Below, one piece after another: positions 50,299 to 62,213 of a DNA stretch of 64,000 nucleotides. Below the pieces are notes generated by a model that ran no database searches, was not told the DNA's origin, and saw only the letters and a program-made list of their open reading frames with translations. The number at the start of each line of letters is the position of its first letter. The first letter of the stretch is position 1. Source of the stretch: Takakia lepidozioides (lineage: Eukaryota > Plantae > Bryophyta); the NCBI GenBank assembly GCA_030704615.1, contig CM060732.1, positions 49,228,001 through 49,292,000 on the forward strand, read 5' to 3'. A program made the position numbers and the translations under genes.

Positions 50299-53200
50299 CC
50301 CTTAACTTCCTGTGGAACCCGATTTGGGTTTTATAAAACATGATATTTAAACGTAACTTTTGCAGATCTTAATATTTTTAGGTCATTTCTTCAGCAATTA
50401 ATGACCTGACAACATGGCAGGTCATCTCTAATTGGCAGCATGCCATTTGGAGAAAGCTTGCCACGTCCAAAAATTTCCAAAAATGGCAGGGTCAGATGTG
50501 CTCTCGCATGGAGGGGGGCCATGCAAAGTTGACTGCTACGGGGCTAGTACTGATTGGGCCACGTCCTACTCTGATAATGGGTGGGCCATTGCCGGAGGAC
50601 AGGCCGTCCACTTCGCCCTGTGACATGAACATCACCCGCTGGCAGTTTTGCCATGCCCACCCCCCAAACCCCGAGACCAGTAATGGTCCTGAAGCCCACT
50701 ACTGACAGTCAAGAGTATATTGGGTGTGGGAGGCCGGATTTTGGGAGTCCAGTGCGATGTGCTGCCAATCTGTTTGCTGGTGACAATTTTGGGATGACTC
50801 ACCGCTTCATGCCTTAAATGAAAAAACTCCACATGCATTGCTATCTACCAGCCCTGGAAAGAGTCATGTGGGCAACTTAGCTTTGCCTAATACAATTCCT
50901 ATAAAGGTGAGAGAGGATGGAAATGGTCCTGTCTTTGTTGGATATGGGTGCACTAGGAAAATTTCCACTGTGAACTCTAAGACGTTGGATACCTTCGTAG
51001 TGACATGGGATTGGCGGATGAGAGTCGAAGTCTGCAATTTGCAGGGTGGATAGTTGATTGAGGGAGTGGTTGATAGTAAGGGTGATTGGGCAATTGGATG
51101 TGTTTTGGAGACATATATTGATAAGGTGATTGAAGGGGAGAGAGTGGGGGAGATGATGCTCGTTGTTGATGTTGGAGGTCCCAGGGGTATTCTACATATT
51201 CCTACTAAATATTGTGAGGAAGTAACAGGGTCAAATGTGTGAAACCCTGTAAGACTTTATTTACAACATGTACAATGGGTGAACGGGCATATGATGAGAA
51301 GTTCCCAAAAAGGGGGGGGAGGACCAAGAAACAAGAGAAGAAAACAAAAAGCTATAGTAAGCTACTCAGCTAGAGAAGAAAACAAAAGCTATAGTAAGCT
51401 ACTCAACCAGCGACGAAAACAGAAGCTATAGTAAGCTACTCAGGCAGAGCGACCTTCCCAGCCAACAACTTGGAGGAGATCAGGCAAGGAGATAGGCAAA
51501 GTGTCAGGCAGAGGCGGAAGACGAGATGCCGTGGAGCTAGCCACATTAGTCCGATGCAAAATATATATGGCTTGTGCTCTCTGCAAAGGAATTGAAACAC
51601 GTTGTCGATAGTAGGCGACAAGGACGGAGGCATGTGGGATGCCAGTGGACCCGCTCTTGGCTGCATGATGTGCACATGTCCCAGGAAATCGTCGAAGTGC
51701 CGGTGCAATGAGCCAAATATCTCGACCGCCAGTGGAAGAAATGTATCAGTGGGGTGACGATCGTTGTAGTCGCGCTTCTTGGCCTGAGCTGCTACAATGG
51801 CTGCCTAGGAGTTTGTGAGTAGGTGTCAAGAGCTCTGGAATCTAAACCAGATAGTGACCGTAGATGAGATGATGATCCAGTACAAAGGCAAGTATTGTGA
51901 CATTAGACAATACATGCCTAAGAAACCTATCAAGTGGGGTATCAATGTGTGGTGTCTGGCTGATTCTGTTACCAATTATTATGGCAAGAATGAGGGTAGT
52001 GTAAGTCTGGCCAGAGAGAAGAGTGGGGGTGGGGAAGGCTATGATGTGGTCATGCGCCTGTTAAGTGGGTTACATGTATGGGTCATGTAGTAGTCACGGA
52101 TAATTTCTTCACCTCTGTGCTATTGCTGCACGATTTGGCAAAGCTGGGTACTTGGGGTACGGGGACTGTGCGTGCCAAATGCAAGGGGCTTCCACGCCAG
52201 CTCACTCTAAAAAAGAAGTGTAAGACTGGCAAACAATGAGACTTATGGTTCAAGATGCATGATGATAGGGATGTGGCAGCTGTGGTGTGGTGGGACAAGA
52301 AGGTGGTCTATCTTCTCTCCAGTGTAGCCAGACCCTAGCCAAACCTGTTGCTGGTCTCTCCTGTGACTGTTCGGAGGTTTGTGGGCAATGCTCGTGTACA
52401 AATCCCTTCTTCTCCAATGCACGTGCAGTACCAATGTTTCATGCGCAGTGTGGATGTGCAGGATCAGTTGGGAGGGGCTTACAGTATGCAAACCAAAACA
52501 CACAAGTGGTGGCATCGTATGTACTTTTTTTGCTTGATACTACTATAGTGGTGAATTGTTGGATCTTATATTCAGCCCCCATGAAGGTGGTGGGGAAGAT
52601 ATATTTTATCCACCTTGAGTTCAATTTTGCAATGGCCACACAGCTTAAAGATGGATGCTGGTCTTCAATGGAGATGACTAGCATCTATACTCCCGGGCAG
52701 TGGATGGTGCACCAGTTTTTGCATTCCATGACTCGGCGCAAATGTGTGGTTTGCCACATCCGGACTCATTTCTACTATTCTCAATGCGCGCATGCAGCGG
52801 GCTCATCGCATTCGTGCAAGGTAGATGTCTCGGTGTTTGTCATAGGGTGTTCTCATTGAATGTGTAGATGCTAAAGACTTCCGATTCAGTATCCTGACTG
52901 TGACATGCTTGATTGGCAGGGGTATTCCGATTGAGTTCGTGGGGTGGGTGTCACCGGGATGTGGGCTTCTCAACATGCATGCAGGGTAAATGGTTTTATT
53001 TTTTTATTTTTTTATTTTTTTGGTTCATTTTCCTTGGTCATGTGGGGTTCACAAGGGTGGTTGACAAGGTGCAACATGGTGATAGGGGGCAGGGGGCAGT
53101 GGGCAGTGGGGTGGATTCAGATCAGCGTTGGCGGGGAGGGGGCGGAGACTGTCTGCAACTGTGGGTGACAACGTGCAACATGGGGGGGGGGGGTTTGGGG

Positions 53201-54087
53201 GGGGGGAACTGTCTGCAACTATGGGCAGATCATCGGGTTCGACCCCCGCTCAGTTCAGATTTGTGGGGTGTTGTAAGTAGAGAGAGCTAGAGACATTCGG
53301 AGGAGGGAGAGAGATCCCCGAAGGAGGGAGCAGCCCGTAGTAGTTAGTAGTTGAGAATCCAAATTCACCGGACCATGAACGCTTGAAACGTCGGGTGTCA
53401 CCATAGTATGCTCATTTGGATGACTGTGAGGACTGAGGGAAATTGGTGACGTGACCCCACAAGGGTCGCTGGATTTTTCTACCGGAACAAACATTCCATA
53501 GCCTGATGAGTAGGACAGCACTTCAAGCCACTCGGGGATCATTTTTTTCAATTTCTACCATTGGATGTGGGCATATTTTGGACCAGGGTGTAGGTGTGAA
53601 GAGAGTCACTCCCTCACCAGAGGGATTTGGAATTTGAGCAAATTTTCATAGCGTCTTGTAGAGGCCAAATCCCAATTTGTAAATCTTTGTAATGAAGGTA
53701 GTTTGAACCCCCTTAAAACACATACAAAGCACCCCCATGCTAAACATGATATTTGCCCCTCTTTTTTTGCGTGGATATGTCATTCCTACCACAGATTAGA
53801 AATGTGTGGTATAAACACTTCACAAAAATCTAAAAACCTCTCAAATTAGTTGGTCAAGGCTAAAAAGCCATGTTTTCAAAAATAGAAACAAAAATTTCAT
53901 CCTCTTTAAAACCATATATTAATCTCCCACATTTCATGGTGAAATAAGTGCATTTTTGGTGGGTGCATGCAAGTGCCAGGTGCGCACCTACGTGTAAGGT
54001 TCATTTTTCTGGATGATTTCTGATAGGTAGTTAGCCTCATTTTACTGGGCATGGGTAGTAATTTTTAGGTATAAAAAAATTTAAGGG
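50299..54087 (+). mobile_element. piggyBac transposon with decayed PGBD4-like transposase (about 51815-52800)
   Basis: TTAA|CCCTTAA ... TTAAGGG|TTAA ends. Motifs TVDEMMIQYKG..IRQYMPKKPIKWG, VVTDNFFTS, WWDKKVV, VDVQDQ..KWWHR and a Cys-rich tail. Confidence 0.85.
51335..51442. repeat. Three-unit tandem repeat
   Basis: gaaaacaaaagctatagtaagctactca x3. Confidence 0.8.
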
Positions 54088-54109
54088 TTAAATATGTAAA
54101 TATCTAACT

Positions 54110-56050
54110 AAAATTGGGACCACCAGTGTCCCGATTTATATAAAATATAAAATAAACAACGAGGATTGCAAGCACTAGTAGTCCTGATTTTATACAAAAA
54201 TAATGATATTACAAATTGGGACTCCCAAAACTTGCGGCGATTCCGATTGTATCATACATAAAGATTTAATAAACTAATAAGAATAATAATAAATAATAAA
54301 TAAAATTGTTAAAAAAAATCAGAGTTGGTGATTCGGATTTTTCTCCAAAAAACTAAAATAAAAAAATATTGAAAACACCAAAGCTGGCAGCCATGATCTT
54401 AATAAGTAAAAATAAAATCGGGACCGCCAGAGTTGACGGTCCTGAGTTTATCCGAGAACAAATTGTCAAAGCTGGGATTTTGACTTTATTTCAATATGTA
54501 AATAGATGAAAATAAAAAACAACGAGATTGCAAAGTCTGGTGGTCTAATTTTATTATTTTAAATATAAAAATTTAGAATAATAATAATAATTTGGATCTG
54601 CTAGAGCTAAAACCATGATTGGCAAAGCTTATGATACTGATTTGATCCCAAATAAATTAATAAAAATAAAAAAACCATTGAAAGTTAATATTGCCACATT
54701 TCGTAATTCAAATTTTATCCAAATAAAATAAAATAAGATAATTTATTTTGGCCTCTAAAGCTAACAGTCCGGATTTTATCTCTTGAAAATTTATCTTAAC
54801 TAAACTATTGTTGACTGTCCCGATTTCGTTTAAGTTATTAAAAAGTCAAGACTTATCATAAAACATAAAACATAAACCGGGATCTTAGCGATAGTGCTGT
54901 CAAATTTATTAAAATAGATAAATAAAAATATTTGGCCACCATAATCTCCTGAATCTAATAAATAAATAAAATCAATGGGAGATCCGATTTGACTTAAAGC
55001 ATAGAAAATAATTTGAGACCGCCATAGTTAGTGGTCCCGATTTTATTGCTAAAACTATAATTAAATTGGGACAACCAATTGCAGCGGTCCCGATTTTATT
55101 AAATACATAAAAAATTCTGGCAGTCCTGACTATATTTTCCTTAAAAACTCTATAAAAAAAAAAACATTGATATTTTATCATGGCGTTATTTCCATAGCTA
55201 CACAAGATGACATGACTGGCACTAGCATGTTAGCGTCATGTCCAAAATTATGTCTTGAAATGTGTTACGTCATCTCAAAAACTTTTACGTTATGCCCTAC
55301 GTTGCTGTCAGATTCGACACAAATTAATCATTAATTGGGTTGTTGAAATTTTTGAATTAACTCAAGTGATGAGTTTAAAATTCCAGAAATATTACATACT
55401 CAGCTTATCCAAAAATAATGTTTTTTGGATTATCTCAAAAATCTACTAGTACAGAATCTGAAGCCTCTAGAGATATGAAGCTTATATCGCAAGCAGATTA
55501 ATTCAATCCTAAACCAGAAATATTACATACTCAGCTTATCCAAAAATAATGTTTTTTGGATTATCTCAAAAAATCTACTAAAGTACAGAATACTGAGGTC
55601 GCTTGCAGCCTCTAGAGATATGAAGCTTATATCGCAAGCAGATACAAAATAATTCAATCCTAAACTGCCGAAACCTTGGAGTGTAGAATATGAGATGCCG
55701 AATGGACTGAGCCTCCAAAAAATAAATATTTCGGCACTATGCTGTCGAATCTGACACCAATTACCCCTGGTGATCCCTATGTTTTTAAGTTATTTAATTA
55801 ATTCAGGATCGCCAATTATAGTGAAATCTGTTTTTTATTTAAAAATTAATAAATTTAGGACGGCCAGTTCTGGCGGCCTATTTCTTTTTTTTTAGAAAAT
55901 ATAAACTATGTTTTTTAGGATACAATGGGGACCGCCAACTTTGGCCGTCAGATTTATCAAATAAATCTGGAATAAAATAAATAATCGTCACTCCCAATTT
56001 ATTCTTTTCTATTTGATTTTTCGATAAATCACTATCTCCAAAGTTGGCGA
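54110..56050. repeat. AT-rich degenerate element with GGGACCGCCA/TGGCGGTCCC motif repeats and an internal ~130-bp tandem duplication (55383-55664)
   Basis: Recurrent aaatcgggac..cc / gg..gtcccgatttt motifs in both orientations. Duplicated ccagaaatattacatactcagc...caatcctaaa. Confidence 0.55.
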
Positions 56051-57159
56051 TTTTGATTTTTGATTTTTGTTTTGTTTTGTTTTGTTTGGGTTAACATGGC
56101 TTATTTCCCTGGTTAACTTTATTATAATAAAGTGGAGGCCACGCCTCTTACATTTATTGGAGAGGTTGTTCGGGGGAAAAATTAAAACCCCTGATTCGCC
56201 ATAAGACACACACACTGTATTCAGTGTATCACGAGCCAACATCTCAGAAGAGATGATACCCACGAGACCAAGAAAGAGGGCACACTGCCTAGACCGCTAT
56301 CTACTCACTATCAAAGCGTAACTACTGTTGGACTTAGCAAGACAATCCAACATGACAGGGGAGGAGGGGATGTTGAGAGTAATTAGGCCATTGACCTTTC
56401 CGAAGCATAGTAGAAGTGAAAGTGTTTGTAGTCTATCTGTAGTGTAGTTTAGAGGCCGTCGTGGAAGACTTCAGATGCTTCCAGTTAACCTCCCGCTCAA
56501 ACTCGGGGGAAAGTGTGATGTGCCTTGAGGTCCCTCCAGTAGCAATGCTTTGGCGTAGGACTGCTGCAAATGATTCCCTATCTGGCCCAGGTTTGTTGGA
56601 AAGCCCTTGTTTCCCTGCCGCACTTCTGCCATCTCGTTGAATGTCTGCACACAGTTTGGACCAAGCCCTTCTGGCTTCAGTTTGCAGATCCAGAAAGACA
56701 CAGGTCAACAGAGTAGAGATTGTGGTGGTGATACCCTGGAATGTGTTCTTGCATCTAATTTTCCAAAGATGCCACAGAGTGGATGCCCTGAGGGTTTAAA
56801 AAACAGGGCAGTTGATCGATCTCTTCTTGGTTTGTTGATCGTAGTTTAGGAGGATATCCGTATGGGTGAGCAATTTCGGATCCCAGCAATGGTAGAAGGC
56901 TCTGACATAGGGCCAAGTCCTGGCAGGTGCTTGGTAGAGGAGGAGACTATGCTTGATCGATTCCAATACTGCAGTGGAGCAACATGCACATAGAATAGTA
57001 CCGTGAAACTGCAGCCGTTCTCCTACCTTGAGAACCCTATTAACCAACTGCTACAGGAAAGCTGCCACTTTGGAAGGTCTTGTTTTGATCCAAACCCAGC
57101 TCCAAATGGTTTTCCAGTTCTCATCATTGAAGTTGTATGGGCTCCATTTGGATTCCCAT
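56050..57159 (-). mobile_element. L1-type LINE 3' fragment (inverted partner of 57160-59390)
   Basis: zf-RVT (CACC..ESIKHSLL), family 3' UTR and A-rich tail; homologous to 58259-59370. Confidence 0.75.
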
Positions 57160-59390
57160 TACTTACACATAGGTTGCAAGCTCATGGAGGCCGAATAAAC
57201 AGCAAATTGGACAAATCAAGAAGCTGCTCAGGAACTATGTCTGGGGGGCTCAAACGTCAATGCACCAAAGAAAGACACAGGTATCTTGGAACCAAAAATG
57301 TCTTCCCAAGAAACTGGGGGCTGGGGGGTGCTTGACCCAGAAACCCAGGTAACAGCCCTTTTGGGTAAATAGATTCCTCCTTCATGGGACCAGAGAGAGG
57401 CTGGTGGAAGTTCCTAGTGGCTGACAGTATTTTACTAGCCTCCCCACTAAAAAATGCATCATGGACCCCATCCTTTCGTTGGATTGTCAATGGTTTCAAG
57501 CATAAAAAGCCACAATCCCCTTTGTGGAATGCCATTTGGCATGCTTGGGGTAAAACTCCGAACTTTCCTCACAAAGGCCCAGCCCAAAAGCTACTACGAA
57601 ACCCTCAGACAATACCTTTTCCTCAATACGAATAAACCAAGCCATGCTGAGAAAAACTCCAGTAGATGGTCAACTTGGGACAACCTCGGGATTTCGCAGA
57701 TTGGGCATCTCTGGGAAAATGGAAGCCTGGCATCCGTTGATACTGTTGCGCTGAAAGTCGGGAAAGCAAGAGCTAGCAGATCCTACTTGGAGCTTAGTCA
57801 AATGATTGACCAGCAGTGGCTATGATACTTGCAAAACGGACCAAACATGCCAACAACAAACTACTGGGCCCTCACGATTCTAGGCTCTGATTTGACAGTC
57901 ATTTTTGTCAAGGAAACCAATGCTCACAATTATGTGGCACACCCATTTAGCAGAAACCCAAACACCTTGGTTCTGCGCTGAATCCACACAACCACTGCTC
58001 CTCCCTCTCACTCCACTAACTCCAATTAGAGTATGCTGCCGTCAAGCAATCCCAAAGAGATGGACCCCTAGCCAAACATGCTAATCGATTTTCTCATCTG
58101 GTTGAAAGCCAACACGTTCCTGGGAAGACCGCTGGCAGAACTGCAGTTCGATCCTTCAGAATGGACTTGGAAATTTGGTAGACAGTCAGAATCCTTCTTC
58201 TCATACACAACGAAGAAGGGTTACAAAGCTTTGTCCAACGCCGAGCCTTTAAAAACTAAATGGGAGACTAAATGGGAAAACTATGCCTTCCGGGATGAAA
58301 ATTGGCAGTCAATCTGGGCCTCCGTTTGGCGTAAGTCCAGACCGGCGAAAATGTCAGCGTTTCTTTTGCAAATGGTCAACATATGCCTCAAAGTGGGGGA
58401 ATGGTTACAGTTTCATGACGCCCTTCTCTGTGCCTGTTGCCAAACTGGGATAATCAAAAGTTTAGAACACTGTCTTCTGCATTGCCATGCCTTAGCCACT
58501 GTTTGGCCTCTGGTTAGGAACTTTTACTTACAACGGAACCCCAAGCAGCTCTCAGCACTTGACCTTCTACTCAACTATGACCCAACCAAAAAGTCCACAG
58601 CGATTTCTTGAAACCGTAGAGTAGCACCATGTGGCATCTGTAGAAAGCAAGATGCACTAAGACCTTATCAGGAGAGACTACCTCTACCTCTTCTCTCCTC
58701 ACTTGCGTTTTCTATGATCTTGGTACTGAAGCCAGGAAAGGCTGGGCAAAACGGTGTGCAGAAATCCACGGAACCCAAAAGCGCTGCTGGCAATGTCCCA
58801 TAAATTCTGCTCCACCTGGGGGAATCGGGGATTCATCTGCTCCAGCGAAACACCAGATGTCTGCATCTGGACCGAGCTGCCTCCTCCTTCCTGGAGAGGG
58901 CTTCGAGCGACACTCCACCGTGCCCACCGAATCCCCAGAGTTTGAAAGGGATGTTAATTGGAAACACCTTAAGGGTTCCACAAAAGCGTCACGGCTCACT
59001 TTCACTCAGGGGAAGGCTACTTAGTCAAAAAGCTCCCTCCAAGTAATTAGGGTGCCTTCATTGCCTCTCGACAGATTCAAGCCTCTTTCTTGGATCATGG
59101 TCCAGACGACGATTGCGTCTATTGCAAGCGTGAGCTCATAGAAAGTTCGGGAAGAACTACGGTTCAAACCCACTTTAGTTGAGTCTACCTATTTTAGGGG
59201 TCAAGATCTTTATTCACTGAATACGGTGTGTGTGCCTCATGGTGTGAAAGGGGTTTTAATTTTTTCCCCCGAGTAAACGGGAATAACTTGTAACGGTTGC
59301 TTCGAGCACCGTAATGAATCATTTTATAATAAAGTTAAACATGGATACAATCCCCTGGTTTGCAAAATATAATAAAAAATAAAAAATAAA
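57160..59390 (+). mobile_element. L1-type LINE 3' fragment
   Basis: RT C-terminal GGLG motif, zf-RVT (WQSIW..PAKMSAFL..CACC..SLEHCLLHC) and A-rich tail. Confidence 0.8.
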
Positions 59391-60009
59391 TATATTGTAA
59401 AGATGTCTCCATGGTTTGTCAAGGGGGTATCTGTTGGGTGTTTGGGTAGCCGGCTGGACCGTGGCTGTGTGACCAAATAAATTTTTTAGAATCCGTTTGA
59501 GTTGATGGTGGAAAGTGGTAGGTTGGTATAAGATAATATATGGCCCACCCCAAAAAGGCCCGAAGCCGAAATGTGAACATTACGCCGGCCACGGTCGGGA
59601 GTCATCTCTCTTTCCCATATGAGACACATTTTGCAAAACCAAAATGATCAATATTTATATAAGTTAACTAATGAGGAACGTATTCCATTTATGTAAGAAA
59701 CCCAAAAATACTCAATTTGGTTGAAAAACGACAAAATGGAAAATTGTAAATCATGTAGGTAGCAAGGCGCAGATTTGGGATAGGACAAAAACAAGATGGT
59801 GGATGTTACGTCTCTATATATATATATATATATAAAGGAAATACCCACAACCACTCACAAATCATGCCCCTTCATGATATTGAGAGGTCACCGGGTGGTA
59901 TCCCCACTCTAAGCCTTCACGCCCCTTGGGTTTTATTTTTTCACTTCTTCTAATATATTTTCCAGGGCCTCTGTCCCTGTTCCGTAAATTTTTAAGAAAA
60001 AAAGGTGAG

Positions 60010-60183
60010 AGGAGAAAATTAACCTCGCCAAGCACAAGGCACAAGGGACACTGACCAAGGGAAGTGGGAGAAGATTATGCCACACCCACCAAGGTAGCAG
60101 GAGTTGAGCCGAGAGTCACCTGGGTGGCATTTTTTTTTTTTTTTTTTTTTTTTTCAGTTCTTTATCCAACTGAGCTACCGACT
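60010..60183 (-). mobile_element. tRNA-derived SINE, copy 2, with an internal poly(A) run
   Basis: GTAGCTCAGTTGG A box, GGCTCAACTCC B-box-like, homologous to 32878-33026. Confidence 0.65.
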
Positions 60184-60298
60184 GGTGGAGAATGTGAAGT
60201 AAGATAATGGTTTCTTTCAAAAGTCTTGAAACCTGTGTGTGTCACTCAAATTAAGCAAGCCCTAATGCTTGTAGGGAAGTGGTTTAGCACGAGATTAA

Positions 60299-62191
60299 CC
60301 CTTAAGCGGCCAGTGCCCAATGTTAACTTTTTGAAAAAAGTGGATCCCAGCTCAGAAAAATGAGAATATCTCAGTGAATTTTTTTTTTTTTGGGAAATTG
60401 ACCAGACATTATGCTCATACCTACCCCTTGCAGACATCTGTAAATTTCCAAGCCAATCAGGTGAAAATCAGAGAAATGCCACCGTTGAGTGTGGGGCCCA
60501 TTTTTTGGGCCCCTCCCAAAAAATTAAGGGAAATTGGAGGAATTTGCAATTTTCAATGACGGAATGAAATTTACAGGACTCATCCTGCTTGTAGGTGTTG
60601 TCCAGCACGTCGGCATTCTGATGAACCATAGAATGCAAAAAATGGATTCATATTTTCTGATTTACAGCTGGTCAAAGTAAGGGGGGTCAAAATGCCATAG
60701 GCAGCAGAAGTTTTGTTGAAGCACAAAGACAACCTGGTAGTGCCTGACATGTGCACATCAGCTTCCACCATCTGCTCTCATTCTTTTGCCCAAGTTCCAC
60801 ACAAGCCTAAAGCACACAAAATGGAGTATAGCAACATGAAGACAAAGGCCAGAATCAAGCACAACAGCCAACTACTTCATTTCCCACCTATAGTGGGAGA
60901 GCATGGGTGGGATTTGAACCCACAGAGCTGCCCCAGCTGGCAGCCCTGCTGAAGCCAAATTCCACACAAGCCCAAGCTCCCAAAATATAGAGATGCAAAA
61001 CAGCCTCACCTTCATCTCCCACCCTTAGTGGCCAAGCATGGGTGGATTTGAACCCATGGAGCTGCCCCAACCGGCAGCCCATGCTGAAGGCTTTTGGCCA
61101 AGTTCCACACAATCTGCACACTCCGAAAGTTTAGAGACAATGAGGCAGCCACACAAGCTTGAAGGCTAGCAAAATTCCAACACAACGAGACAACATACAA
61201 ACCTGAACACAGATAATTCCATTGTGTGAGTGGGAATTGAACCCAGTGGCCCGCCCCAACTGGCAGCTCACACAAAGAAAGACCAACATGTGGCCAGCAC
61301 TAGCATCATATCAGACTAAAAAAAAAACCAGAGATGAACCCACCTTTACATGCCGAATTGTGTGAGTGGGAGTTGAACCAACTAACTTGCCCAATTGACA
61401 ACTCACACATGAACACAAGGGGGGATACTCCTCCCCAGTAGGGAGGGAAGGAGTCTCCACCCTTGTGCGCACCCCCGCTTGACTGGGGGACTACCACATA
61501 ATTATACTAGACACAAAGAAAATGGACTCGGTCCTAATTGAAACACAAAATTGCTGCAGCAAAGACCATGGAGCTACATGAACACTAAGGCAAAAAGTTC
61601 AACCTTCCTCCACCAATTTGCTTGTGCACACAAGGATAAACATAAGGATGAGCTACATGATCCCATAACTGCGCACAGTCTAGCTCAGGTATCAAACAAT
61701 GAACACTGCCTTGAATGCGCACCCTGAGTGTCAATGCAATGTCGGCCCATCCTCTCTCACAGCTATGGCTCAGTCTCTGGCACTTGCCCCAATTTCCAAG
61801 TTTCCTCCTCGACTGAAGAGAAAGAGATAATGGAGATGCAAGTCGGAGCAGACACCAACGGCAACATGCAACAAAGTATGGTACACGCGCGAAGGCCACA
61901 ATAGACGAGACCACAGCACAAGGCAAAGCGCGGGAAGGAGAGAGTAACGCACAAAACGCGGAATCAACCAAAAATCGCTGCAGAAGCAGACCCCACCTCC
62001 TACGCAGCCAAAAATTGCAACCCTAACCAAAAAAAAAAAAAAAAAAAAACTAATCGCGCGTTGGAATCCTGACTGCCATGTGGCTGGCATCCTACCCTCC
62101 AAAAATCAGGTTAATCGGTTAAAATCCGAGAAAAACAGAGCCGAAAAACCAAAACATTCGGCCGAAAATGGGTCGAATGGGCGCTTAGGGG
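60299..62191. mobile_element. Non-autonomous piggyBac-like element
   Basis: TTAA|CCCTTAAGCGGCC ... GGGCGCTTAGGGG|TTAA ends. Four internal repeats (gggatttgaaccc..gctgcccca..tggcagc). Confidence 0.75.
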
Positions 62192-62213
62192 TTAATGTTC
62201 TTGGCATCTCTAG

